Assembly: GCA_963777605.1 (NCBI GenBank)
Contig: CAVZRV010000031.1
Location: 416,001-480,000, forward strand
Source: an uncultured Acidobacteriota bacterium
GTDB taxonomy: Bacteria > Acidobacteriota > UBA6911 > RPQK01 > JAPXNP01
Direction: 5' to 3'
DNA length: 64,000 nucleotides
Shown here in pieces: positions 10,399 through 19,735 of this stretch; position 1 is the first letter of the stretch, and each line of letters begins with the position of its first letter. The translations under genes were made by a program, and so were the position numbers. The notes beneath the pieces were generated by a model. It was not told where the DNA came from, ran no database searches, and was given only the letters and a program-made list of their open reading frames with translations.

Positions 10399-11943
10399 AT
10401 GCTCTGCAAAGTGAAAAGCGCTTCCGTTCTGGGGATATGCGCTCAATTGATTGATGTCGAAGTTGACCTTTCAGTCAGCCCCCAGCTGAATTACCACGTT
10501 GTCGGTCTCCCTGACACAGCGATCAAGGAGAGCGGGAAACGGGTCAAAGCGGCGATCAAGAACTGCGGTTTCGCTTTTCCCGGGTCGGGGAACCTGACCG
10601 TAAACCTGGCTCCCGCCGACTTCAAGAAGGAGGGAAGCTGCTTCGACCTCCCGATCGCCCTGGCGGTCCTGGGCATTATGGGACAGCTCGATCCGGCGAA
10701 TCTACAGGGGCGGGTCATCTCGGGAGAGTTGTCCCTCGACGGGAGGGTCAGGCCCATTCGGGGAGCACTGCCGGTCGCACTGGGGGCCGTCTCGGAGGGC
10801 TACGAGCGTGCCATTCTTCCCGCCGACAATGTCTGTGAAGCCTCGGTTGTCCAGGGCATCGACGTCTACGCCGCCGAATCGCTGGGTCAGGTCCTGCAGC
10901 TTCTGATGGGGCAGATCGAGCAGCAAGCGATCAAGGCCGATCCCGAACGTCTGTTCGCCCACCAGTGGACCGGGCAGCCCGACTTCTTCGAGGTGAAAGG
11001 TCAGCAGTCCGCCAAGCGCGCACTCGAGGTCGCTACTGCCGGCGGGCACAACCTCCTCCTGATCGGCCCTCCGGGTGCGGGGAAGACCATGCTGGCGAAG
11101 CGGATCCCCTCGATCATCCCGCCGATGACCTTCGACGAAGCGCTTGAGACGACGGCGGTTCACAGTGTCTGCGGGCTTCTGAACGGGTCAAGCCAGTTCG
11201 TCTCCCAGCGCCCCTTCCGGGCTCCTCACCACACCATCAGCACGGCGGGACTGGTAGGCGGGAGTTCGATGCCCCGGCCCGGCGAGGTCAGCCTCGCCCA
11301 CAACGGCGTCCTTTTCCTGGACGAACTCCCCGAGTTTCAACGCCACGTCCTGGAAGTTCTCCGCCAGCCCCTGGAAGAGGGTAGTGTCACGATCAGCCGT
11401 GCCGCGCGAACTCTCACCTTCCCGGCCGATTTCATCCTGGTGGCGGCCATGAACCCCTGCCCGTGCGGTTACTACAACAGCGTCCTGAAGCAATGTGTCT
11501 GCACCCCGCTGCAGGTGCACCGCTACCTGTCGAGGATCTCGGGTCCGCTCCTGGATCGCATCGACCTCCACGTCGATGTTCCGGAAGTCAAGTACAAGCA
11601 ACTGACGAGCGCCCCCGACGGAGAACACTCCCGGGAAGTGGCAGAGAGAGTCGCAGAGGCACGCGTCCGCCAGATGAAGCGATTCGAAGAAACCGGAATC
11701 CTGTCGAACTCCCAGATGGGCCCCCGTCACATCCAGACCTGCTGCAGCCTGAACGACAGCGCCCGCCGGCACCTTGAAGACGCCATCGAAAACCTGGCTC
11801 TTTCAGCCCGGGCCTACGACCGAATACTGAAAGTGGCCCGAACCATCGCCGACCTGGCAGCCATGGACCAGATCCTTCCCGAGCACGTCTCCGAGGCAAT
11901 CCAGTACCGCTCCCTCGACCGCAATTTCTGGGAGAGTGGCTGA
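10399..11943 (+). CDS. comM: ComM/YifB Mg-chelatase-like AAA+ ATPase
   Basis: VGLPD..KES, NLAPAD..KEG..FDLPIA, GPPGAGKT, FRAPHHTIS, LFLDELPEF, NPCPCG. Confidence 0.95.
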   Translation: MLCKVKSASVLGICAQLIDVEVDLSVSPQLNYHVVGLPDTAIKESGKRVKAAIKNCGFAFPGSGNLTVNLAPADFKKEGSCFDLPIALAVLGIMGQLDPANLQGRVISGELSLDGRVRPIRGALPVALGAVSEGYERAILPADNVCEASVVQGIDVYAAESLGQVLQLLMGQIEQQAIKADPERLFAHQWTGQPDFFEVKGQQSAKRALEVATAGGHNLLLIGPPGAGKTMLAKRIPSIIPPMTFDEALETTAVHSVCGLLNGSSQFVSQRPFRAPHHTISTAGLVGGSSMPRPGEVSLAHNGVLFLDELPEFQRHVLEVLRQPLEEGSVTISRAARTLTFPADFILVAAMNPCPCGYYNSVLKQCVCTPLQVHRYLSRISGPLLDRIDLHVDVPEVKYKQLTSAPDGEHSREVAERVAEARVRQMKRFEETGILSNSQMGPRHIQTCCSLNDSARRHLEDAIENLALSARAYDRILKVARTIADLAAMDQILPEHVSEAIQYRSLDRNFWESG

Positions 11944-11945
11944 TG

Positions 11946-11967
11946 AATTCGGTGACACGCCCCAAAT
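11946..11967 (+). repeat. REP-like motif copy 1 (left end of the RAYT element)
   Basis: AATTCGGTGACACGCCCCAAAT; related copies at 13349, 13560 and, inverted, 13613. Confidence 0.7.
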
Positions 11968-12060
11968 CGAACCGCAACTACCCGCCCAATCTGACTTTTT
12001 CCACAGGCCTGGCACTAATTACAGTGGCTTTTCGGCACCCCTGAAAGCGAGGTTAAAGCA

Positions 12061-12726
12061 ATGCCAAGGAAACCGCGCATCATCCTCCCGGGATTCCCCC
12101 ACCACGTCACCCATCGGGGAAACCGCCGGGCACCAATCTTCTGCGACGACAACGACCGGAGGTTCTACCTGAACAAGTTCAAGAGGTATGCGAAGAAGTA
12201 CGAAGTACGAATCTACAGCTACTCCTTGATGCCCAACCATGTTCACCACATCTCTGTTCCGGGAACAGAGTCGGCGCTGTCGTGTTGTCTCCACGACCTC
12301 CACGGGGTCTATGCGGATTATTTCAACCTCAAGTATGGTCTGGTCGGGCACCTCTGGCAGGAGCGGTTCTTTGCCTGCGTCCTCGACGACTCCCACCTCT
12401 GGAACGCCGTCCGCTACGTGGAGACAAACGCAGTTCGGGCAGGGATCGTGGTCCGAGCCGAGGACTATCGTTGGTCGAGTGCACGGGACCACTGCGGACT
12501 TGCGAAGGATCCACTGCTCGATCCTCAGTTTCCACCCGACGGCTTGATTCCGGATTGGGCGGAATGGCTGGTCACGGGGCTCGAAGAAACCGAGATCACC
12601 AGAATCCGGAAAGCGACCCGGACTGGGGTTCCATACGCGACCGACTCGTTCATTCGGGAGTTGGAACGCATCTTCAGCGCACGGCTGCTTCCCCGCAAAC
12701 GAGGCCGACGGCCACGTTCGCGGTGA
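12061..12726 (+). CDS. REP-associated tyrosine transposase (RAYT, Y1/HUH family)
   Basis: HHVTHRGNRR..IF, MPNHVH (HUH), GHLWQERF, RYVETNAVRAG (catalytic Tyr region), YRWSS, basic tail RKRGRRPR. Confidence 0.92.
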   Translation: MPRKPRIILPGFPHHVTHRGNRRAPIFCDDNDRRFYLNKFKRYAKKYEVRIYSYSLMPNHVHHISVPGTESALSCCLHDLHGVYADYFNLKYGLVGHLWQERFFACVLDDSHLWNAVRYVETNAVRAGIVVRAEDYRWSSARDHCGLAKDPLLDPQFPPDGLIPDWAEWLVTGLEETEITRIRKATRTGVPYATDSFIRELERIFSARLLPRKRGRRPRSR

Positions 12727-13348
12727 CGTGATCAAACCGTCTGGATGCGGACGAGCCCAAGTCGGGACGACCGGAATCACTCGACACGCGCTTTTAAGCC
12801 GTCAAGACTGCTTGCGCGTATACGAGAAGCCCCTCTTCAGACCAGCACCTCGGGTTAGGGATAGTAGCCCTCTCTGAAGTCTGCGTCCCTGATGAATACG
12901 CCGCCTGGTACCCGCTCGGATTCAACCTGAAATTCACTGTCAATCTGCGAGACCTCGACGCCGCCTCCAACAAGGCGGTTCCAAGCAATCGGCGCGTGCC
13001 AGACAGCAGGGAGACCTGAATCAGATGCCAAACGAATAAACATGAGGAAGTAACTGGACGAGGCCATCTTCAGATCGATAAAACAGAGTCTTGAAGCCTC
13101 GGTCCAACAAAACTTGCCCGATTTGATATTCCCCATCGTCTCGCTGGGAACTCTGGCCTCACAGACCTCCAGTCGCAGGCCTCTGCACCAAGGTGCGCTA
13201 CCCGAAAGTTGCCGGTGTCGAGCGGCGCAAGATGGCTGAAACCACTTGCGGCCGAAACCAAGCATGTAGCTGAGCTGTCAGCAGAAAGGTAGCGAACCTC
13301 TCCAAAGTGTGCATGTCCGGCACCCAGAAGTCTGGGCGAGCTTAATGC

Positions 13349-13634
13349 AATTCGCTGACACGCCCCAAATCAAAACGCAAGAGCCCGTTCAATCTGACTT
13401 TTCCCACAGTTCGAGCACTAGTTACAGTGTCCTTTTGCCACGCCTGAAAGCAAGGCTAAAGCAATGCCTGGAAAACCGCGCATCGTTCTCCCGGGCTTTC
13501 CCCACCACGTTACCCATCGGGGAAACCGCCGGGCATAATCCGTTCAGCCAGCAAGCTCGAATTAGGTGCCAGACCTCAAAGAAAACTCTTTATTCGCGGA
13601 CGTTACAGGCTGAAAAGGTGCGTGTCACCTATTT
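13349..13634 (+). mobile_element. Non-autonomous miniature derivative of the RAYT element
   Basis: 13349-13535 aligns ungapped to 11946-12132 (158/187 by hand count); followed by an inverted REP-like pair at 13560-13580 and 13613-13634. Confidence 0.8.
13464..13538 (+). pseudogene. Truncated RAYT N-terminus (24 codons)
   Basis: MPGKPRIVLPGFPHHVTHRGNRRA* versus MPRKPRIILPGFPHHVTHRGNRRA in the intact gene. Confidence 0.85.
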
Positions 13635-14056
13635 CTAAGCGTGGCCTGGAGGTGGATATCGACACCGGTCAGGGCTTTCGAAACCGGGCACCCCTGCTTG
13701 GCACGTTCGGCAAAGTCATTGAACGTTTTCTGATCGATGCCCTCAACCGTTCCGACTGTTTCCAAACGGATCCGGCTGATCCGAAAACCCGACTCCCCTT
13801 TCACCAGGTGAACAGCAGCCTTAGTCTCGATGCGAGTCGGCGTGTGACCCGACTGGGCCAGCTCGTGCGAAAGAGCCATGGAAAAGCAGCCGGCGTGAGC
13901 CGCCCCGATCAACTCCTCAGGGCTCGTACCCGGTTTCTCGTCAAACCGGGAGGCAGCTGAGAATTCTGCCTTCAGCACGCCACTTTCTCCCTCCATGCCA
14001 CCTTTTCCACCGAAAAGATCGCCTTCCCAAAACGCCGAAGCCTTGTGGATAGCCAT
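13625..14056 (-). CDS. osmC: OsmC family peroxiredoxin
   Basis: ASAFWEGDL..GKG, GTSPEELIGAAHAGCFSMAL, AKQGCPVSKAL. Confidence 0.93.
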   Translation of the reverse strand: MAIHKASAFWEGDLFGGKGGMEGESGVLKAEFSAASRFDEKPGTSPEELIGAAHAGCFSMALSHELAQSGHTPTRIETKAAVHLVKGESGFRISRIRLETVGTVEGIDQKTFNDFAERAKQGCPVSKALTGVDIHLQATLRNR

Positions 14057-14187
14057 CTGTCCTTCCCTTCTAGCCAGGAACTGATCTGCGTGTCCTGACT
14101 GGATTACCTCTCTGGTCGAAGCCGGCATTACCCCTTGGCTAAAGGTTGAAATCAGCCGATTTCCCGCGCCGGTTCCAATCGAGAGAC

Positions 14188-14508
14188 CTACTTATCAATC
14201 AGGTTTTTCAACTTTCTCGCCATTACGTCAAAGGCATCGTGGATGAGCGGTTCCAGCGAATCGGGAGCACCGTTTGACCCGTCGCCCTTCATGACCACGA
14301 GTTCGTGACCGGGCGGAACCGTCAGGTCGATGCGCACCCGGTACGGGTTCGAGGCATGCCCTTCCTTGTGCTGCCTTTCGACTGCGATCCTGCATCCTGA
14401 GATGTGATCGCAGAAGTGTTCCAGTTTTTCGACTTTCTTGGTAATAAGCAACCTTATCCGATCGTCCGGCTCAATGTGCCGAAAACTCAGTTCAAGTGGT
14501 TTCTGCAT
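14188..14508 (-). CDS. HPF/RaiA-family ribosome-associated protein
   Basis: MQKPLELSFRHI, KLEHFCDHISGCRIAVE, YRVRIDLTVPPGHELVV. Confidence 0.8.
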   Translation of the reverse strand: MQKPLELSFRHIEPDDRIRLLITKKVEKLEHFCDHISGCRIAVERQHKEGHASNPYRVRIDLTVPPGHELVVMKGDGSNGAPDSLEPLIHDAFDVMARKLKNLIDK

Positions 14509-14835
14509 CTCAAATCCTCGTATCTGATGATTTCACTGTCCTGGCCCGTCCTCGACGTCGAATCGGGCAACGAGCGATTTCCCATAGGTTATCAGTTTCA
14601 ACCCGCTCTCTTCACTTGAGACTGCACTTGATAATAGACGATTTCTCCTTGCTGGCTGATCAACTCCCGGCCACCGTCGATTCGCCACATCGAGAACTCA
14701 AAGTCCGGCTGCCGGCGCCCGTCGATGGCAATGCACTCAACCGTTACTTTTCGGCAGGACGCCGGAAGCAATTGAGATAGAATTGCACTCACCGGGGACC
14801 GATTCCGGACCCCACCACACCTGCGAGGTAACGTT

Positions 14836-15330
14836 ATGGGACACTGGCATCAACTGGCGCGTCGGCACTCCAAACGGCTCATCCTGATTCTGGGCGGATT
14901 GTTAATCCTGATTCCAGCCGTCGTGAGGGGCCAGGACCTGAAGACGTCTCGCGGGCAGACGGTTTACATCCCGGTTTACTCTCACATTTATAGCGGCGAT
15001 CGTGAACAGGCGTTCAATCTCGCTGTGACGGTCAGTATTCGCAACACCGACCCCGACAACAGCCTGACCCTGACCGCAGTCGAGTACTATGACTCAGGCG
15101 GCAAACTCCTGAAACAGTACCTGGAAGACCCGATCGACCTGCCTCGGCTGGCCTCGAAGCGGTATGTCATCGCCGAATCGGACATTCTCGGCGGCTCCGG
15201 AGCAAGTTTCCTGGTCAGATGGGAATCAACCCAGGCGCTGAGCCCTCCAATAATGGAGTCGATCATGATCGGAACCAAGAATCAGCAGGGAATTTCGTTC
15301 CTGACACGAGGTCAGGCCGTCAGGGAATAG
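14836..15330 (+). CDS. DUF3124 domain protein
   Basis: GQTVYIPVYSHIY, TVSIRNTD, GGSGASFLVRW, PPIMESIMIG, QGISF. Confidence 0.85.
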   Translation: MGHWHQLARRHSKRLILILGGLLILIPAVVRGQDLKTSRGQTVYIPVYSHIYSGDREQAFNLAVTVSIRNTDPDNSLTLTAVEYYDSGGKLLKQYLEDPIDLPRLASKRYVIAESDILGGSGASFLVRWESTQALSPPIMESIMIGTKNQQGISFLTRGQAVRE

Positions 15331-15498
15331 CCCGCACCCACCCGCACGCACGATTCTTGCCGATCTGATTTCGGCGGGGGTTCCGGCCGGGGCCTCCACG
15401 TCGAACGACCCGACGCATCGGTTTCTTCGGAAACGGGTACGGATCTCTGCGCGTATAGGACGGCGCACGCGCCCTTGAATTCCGGGCAGAAGAGGCGG

Positions 15499-15972
15499 AT
15501 GAAAGCGATGAGACTGTTCCGATTTGAACGAACCCAGATCCTTCCGGTAACGCTTGACGAAGCCTGGAGCTTCTTCTCCGACCCGAGGAACCTGGTCAAG
15601 ATCACCCCTCCGAGCCTCAACCTTGCACCGAGCGGGACGCTACCCGAGGCAATGCATCCCGGGATGATTGTCACGTACAAGGTAAAGGTTCTTCCCGGTC
15701 TCCCCATGACCTGGATCACCGAGATCACGCATGTCGAGGCTCCCCACTTCTTCGTTGACGAACAGCGCTTTGGACCTTACCGTTTCTGGCATCACCTGCA
15801 TCGCTTCACCCCGTTCGATGGAGGCGTCACCGCGGAAGACCTCGTCCACTACGGACTCCACGGCGGACCGCTCGCGAGCGCCGTCAACAAGACCTTCGTC
15901 CTCCCGCAGTTGCGGGGAATTTTCGAATTCCGCCGCCAGTCTCTCGAAGAGCGTTTCGGCGTCGTGGCATAA
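15499..15972 (+). CDS. SRPBCC (START-like) family protein
   Basis: AWSFFSDPRNLVKITPP, WITEIT, FVDEQRFGPYRFWHH.H.F, IFEFR. Confidence 0.87.
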   Translation: MKAMRLFRFERTQILPVTLDEAWSFFSDPRNLVKITPPSLNLAPSGTLPEAMHPGMIVTYKVKVLPGLPMTWITEITHVEAPHFFVDEQRFGPYRFWHHLHRFTPFDGGVTAEDLVHYGLHGGPLASAVNKTFVLPQLRGIFEFRRQSLEERFGVVA

Positions 15973-16010
15973 CTGCCGTCACCTTCCCCGCCACACCGGC
16001 AACAGGATCA

Positions 16011-16199
16011 ATGATTGCGGGGGTTACGCCCGACATCGTCATAGACAACCTTCCGAGGGAGACCTTTGACGGAAAGGATGCCCAATTGGAGGCGGCAGTC
16101 CTGTACCTCCTCGACGACCTGAGTCGTCATCCCGTCACGATTCCGGAGGTCCCCTCGTACAAAACGAATCCCAACCCGGCGCCGCTGAAGCAGCGTTAA
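16011..16199 (+). pseudogene. Orphan C-terminal fragment of a tricorn/S41 protease
   Basis: GVTPDIVIDNLPRETFDGKDAQLEAAV..L resembles the tricorn C-terminal GV.PDI.V.N.P....G.D.QL..A motif; no upstream body present. Confidence 0.65.
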
Positions 16200-16287
16200 C
16201 AGTCTGGTTGCCTCCGGTTTCCAGCCGGCTCCTGAGACAGTTTAACGAGCCACCCGGGGGCACTCCGGGCCAGCGGTAAACGCCGGG

Positions 16288-16776
16288 CTACTCTCTCAGA
16301 GAGTAACTGGTGTTCGGCCCGCCTCCATGGCGGCGAATCTTGCCTGAATCGAGCAATTCGTTCACTCTCAGGTTCCACACCGTCGGGCTCACCTTCGACT
16401 CGGCCAGGATCTCGGCTTTGGACCGGGGTGCCCCGCGGCCCTGCAGTGCCCGGACAATTCGGTCTCGCGCCTGGGCCGGGGAGATCCGGGCACGGGACGG
16501 CCGAGGCATCCCCGAGTTCCCACGGGAACCAGAAAACTCCAGGGAGAGGTGATTCTGCTTGCGATGTACTCGAACTCGCACGTCGATCCCTTCGAGCGAG
16601 GCAACGTACAGGATCGCGGCGCGCACCTTCCAGGGCTTCTCCCGCTTGTCCAGATCGTAGAAGACGTTATTTCCGTCGGACGCACTCCGGGCTTCCGTCA
16701 GCAGTTTCCTGTAAGCGCCGTACTCATCTCGGGTTACGGGCGGCTTGCTCTTTGGCTCGATTCTGAGTTTTCCCAA
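16288..16776 (-). CDS. Basic hypothetical protein with C-terminal winged-helix-like domain
   Basis: TTG start after GGGAGGA; RIVRALQ...SKAEILAESKVSPTVWNLRVNELLDSGKIRRHG...Y fits a wHTH pattern. Confidence 0.65.
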   Translation of the reverse strand: MGKLRIEPKSKPPVTRDEYGAYRKLLTEARSASDGNNVFYDLDKREKPWKVRAAILYVASLEGIDVRVRVHRKQNHLSLEFSGSRGNSGMPRPSRARISPAQARDRIVRALQGRGAPRSKAEILAESKVSPTVWNLRVNELLDSGKIRRHGGGPNTSYSLRE

Positions 16777-16875
16777 CGCTATCCTCCCAGGGATCGTCGA
16801 TTGCGATGGGTGATGTTACTCCTGGAGACCGGAGACATTCGGTGACGACTGCCACCAAGTGAAGAAAACAGAGTC

Positions 16876-18333
16876 TCAAGGCGAGGGCCGGACTGGCGGC
16901 AACCGGTCTTCACTGACCCTTCCTGTGCCGGAAGAGGCAAGCCGGCCGGGCGGGCCGTACTGCTCTGAAGCGTCATCTATAACCAGGGCCCAGTCGTCCC
17001 GACTGGGAGGCGTCAATTCAATTAAGGAGGAGGAGTCCCGGTTTCCTGCGTTGAGGGCCAACCCATTCCTGGGATCGAACCACCAGAGTTGAATCCGAGC
17101 AGCCGAGATTGCAGAAACATCGACTGTCACCGGTTCTCCGGAGGGCAGATAAACAAGTGCGAAGTCACCGGTTTCAGAAATCGCACTCTGGATTCTCCGA
17201 TCGGCCGCCCGAGCCTCGCTGGAAGACTGCACCAGTCGGCCCTCGATGTCGGGCTCCAGCTTCTGCCAGGGTCGAGAACGGAAGAAGTCGCCCGCCAGAC
17301 TCAAATAGTAGGATCCAGGCGAGTTCAAGGCCTTCTTCCAGTCCGTGCCGCAAAACCAGAGAGGACGGTTGCCGAAGAAATCCCCCGCCGCTCCGGCAAG
17401 CACTGCCTGGTAGGGAAACTTCCGGATATCGTCTGCTGTCTTGCGCCCGAAGTCGTCCTCGTAGTGAGTCTCGATCAGGATCACCGGCTTGGCCGGCAGA
17501 TGACTGCGCACCCGACCCACCCGTTCCGCAACCGGACCGTAGGTATACGCGGTATAGAGATCGACCCAATCCTCACCGAACGGTGCCCAGGGGTCGATTT
17601 CCGGCGCCCAGTGCACCGTGTGCAGCATTTCCGGCGCCGCATCGGCGATCCCATCACGAACCGCTTTGACCTCCCGACGCGCCTCATCCGGGATTCGGTC
17701 ACCGCCGTGGACCCAGATCAGGTTCTTGCGCTCCCGGTAACGGGCGCCGATCCATCGCCCGTATTGGCCGGCCCGGTCAACTCCGTTCTTCTGGAGAAGC
17801 CCCAGGTAACCATCGTCGCAGCACCCCAGATAGATTGGAAAGAAAAAGACGAGGAAACCCTCCTCCTCCGTCTTCTCGACTACCCGATCGACGTGTTCCC
17901 AATAACTCTCGTCAGGCCTGGTGAGGTCGTCGTCGAGAAATGGCTGATGTCCGTAGCGGTCGGGAGGATAGTCGTGCTGGCCGTCGGGGCCATAGGCATC
18001 CGGAGCCGAGACAATCAGGGAGTTGAAGCCGCGAGTCCGGCGGTCGTCCAGGTAGGCCACCGCTTCCTCAAAGGTCAGGTTGTGCGTCAGAGACCAGGGC
18101 GTGTCGCCATGCACGAAGAACGGAACTCCCTCCTGGTCCTCCAGGTAATGGCCATTGGAGCTGACAGCCAGAGGAAACACCGCTCTGCGAGGGGTTATCC
18201 CCCAGGCCTGCGCCGCTGCTGCGTCTTCCGCCCCTCCCGACGTCCCGGCAGGGGAGCAGGACACCAGCCAGAAAAACCCGAGTCCGAGGGCCACCCACGT
18301 CCACTTCGCCGCGTTCACGCTGCCTCCCGACAA
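16876..18333 (-). CDS. DUF4038 (apiosidase/GH140-like) lipoprotein with C-terminal collagen-binding-like domain
   Basis: Lipobox LVSC; PFFVHGDTPWSL, RGFN, NLIWVHGGD, KPVILIE.HYE, WFDPRNG, DWALVI. Confidence 0.85.
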   Translation of the reverse strand: MSGGSVNAAKWTWVALGLGFFWLVSCSPAGTSGGAEDAAAAQAWGITPRRAVFPLAVSSNGHYLEDQEGVPFFVHGDTPWSLTHNLTFEEAVAYLDDRRTRGFNSLIVSAPDAYGPDGQHDYPPDRYGHQPFLDDDLTRPDESYWEHVDRVVEKTEEEGFLVFFFPIYLGCCDDGYLGLLQKNGVDRAGQYGRWIGARYRERKNLIWVHGGDRIPDEARREVKAVRDGIADAAPEMLHTVHWAPEIDPWAPFGEDWVDLYTAYTYGPVAERVGRVRSHLPAKPVILIETHYEDDFGRKTADDIRKFPYQAVLAGAAGDFFGNRPLWFCGTDWKKALNSPGSYYLSLAGDFFRSRPWQKLEPDIEGRLVQSSSEARAADRRIQSAISETGDFALVYLPSGEPVTVDVSAISAARIQLWWFDPRNGLALNAGNRDSSSLIELTPPSRDDWALVIDDASEQYGPPGRLASSGTGRVSEDRLPPVRPSP

Positions 18334-18524
18334 CTCTTTTCGACGGGAACCGAAAGGTGGAACGCTCCCCTACGCCGGCGCAAGCCACCCCACGGCTGCC
18401 TTGACTCAAGATTAAATCCGGATGAATAAAGCAATGACACTCACTCATACTGGACGCCGTCAGAGGAGTCAATCAATAATGTCGGCAGTATTCAAGAGGC
18501 CCGAATCCCGGTCAGGAAAGGAAA

Positions 18525-19637
18525 ATGGCAGAATCTCCCTTTCAAAAAACTGTCTGGAGCGTTCCAGCGTTTCGAATTCTCTTCATCGTGGCAAGCCTGG
18601 CCGTTCTGATCGCCGCTTTGAGGGCGGCTGCGTCAATCGTAATTCCGCTCCTGATCGCGACCTTCCTCACCGTCATTTGCAACCCGGTCGTTCGCTGGTT
18701 GACTCACCACCGGGTTCCAGCTTCACTGGCGATCTTTCTCGTCGTCATTACCCTGATGGTTGCAATGATCGGCGCGGGTGCCATCGTGGGCACTTCGATA
18801 GCCGAACTGAGGTCGGCCATGCCGGCCTACCAGGCGAGACTTGACTCCATGTTCAAGAGCGTCGGTACCCGGCTTGGCTCGCACGGGATCAGTACAGAAA
18901 TGCTGAGGCTCGACCAGATCCTGGACCCGGGTTCGCTGATGCGCTCGTTCGTGGGTGGCCTCTTGAGCGTGGCATCTTTCGCTTCGGACAGCCTGATCGT
19001 TCTATTCACCCTCATCCTGATGCTCTTCGAGGCCTCCTATTTCGACCGCAAGCTGCGGGCCATGATGAAGGAGGGTGGGGACGCCCGGTCCTTTGTCTAC
19101 GACCAGGTTGCCGAGAAGGTGCAGAAGTACATGGCACTCAAGGCACTCGTGAGCCTTGCGACGGGTCTGCTGGTCACCCTGCTGCTCAAAATAGTGGGGG
19201 TCGATCTGGCCGTGCTCTGGGGCTTCGTCGCCTTCCTGCTGAACTTCATTCCCAATCTGGGATCGATTATCGCGGCTGTGCCGGCCGTCCTGCTCGCCCT
19301 CATCCAACTGGGACCAGGGGCAGCCATCGTGGTGGCGCTGGGCTACCTGGCCATTAACGTTCTAATGGGGAGCATTATCGAGTTGCGACTCATGGGACAA
19401 ACGCTGGGATTGTCCACGCTGGTGGTCTTTCTCTCCCTCCTCTTCTGGGGCTGGCTTTGGGGGACCGTTGGGGCGCTCCTCTCAATTCCCCTGACCATGA
19501 TCGTCAAGATCCTCCTCGAGAGCAGTCCCGCAACCCGCCGCATCGCCATCGTCCTTTCCGACAGCACTTCGGTAGAACGAATGCTGGCGGCCGACCAGGC
19601 TGAGGATTCGAGTGAAGCCGCCCTAAAAACACAGTGA
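18525..19637 (+). CDS. AI-2E family transporter
   Basis: Multi-TM; FLLNFIPNLGSIIAAVP, LGLSTLVVFLSLLFWGWLWG.VGALLSIPLT. Confidence 0.92.
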   Translation: MAESPFQKTVWSVPAFRILFIVASLAVLIAALRAAASIVIPLLIATFLTVICNPVVRWLTHHRVPASLAIFLVVITLMVAMIGAGAIVGTSIAELRSAMPAYQARLDSMFKSVGTRLGSHGISTEMLRLDQILDPGSLMRSFVGGLLSVASFASDSLIVLFTLILMLFEASYFDRKLRAMMKEGGDARSFVYDQVAEKVQKYMALKALVSLATGLLVTLLLKIVGVDLAVLWGFVAFLLNFIPNLGSIIAAVPAVLLALIQLGPGAAIVVALGYLAINVLMGSIIELRLMGQTLGLSTLVVFLSLLFWGWLWGTVGALLSIPLTMIVKILLESSPATRRIAIVLSDSTSVERMLAADQAEDSSEAALKTQ

Positions 19638-19735
19638 CGGAACTCACACAAGGAGAAGACTACCGGGCGATAAAGTGTCGCTGGCACTAAAAACAGGTTA
19701 CTAACAGGACTGATCCTCACCAGGAGTGACAGCTG

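Noticed and set aside
12010-12026. TGGCAC motifs as sigma54 promoters (also ~19682 and ~24629)
   Set aside because: None has the required GC at the -12 position (GG-N10-GC).
11936-12172. Alternate-frame ORF open in both RAYT leader copies (also 13309..13638)
   Set aside because: Differences between the copies are mostly non-synonymous in this frame but mostly synonymous in the RAYT frame; the similarity just reflects the DNA duplication.
14598-14792. 64-aa minus-strand ORF upstream of the HPF-like gene
   Set aside because: No motif or clear RBS; cannot be distinguished from a chance ORF or remnant.
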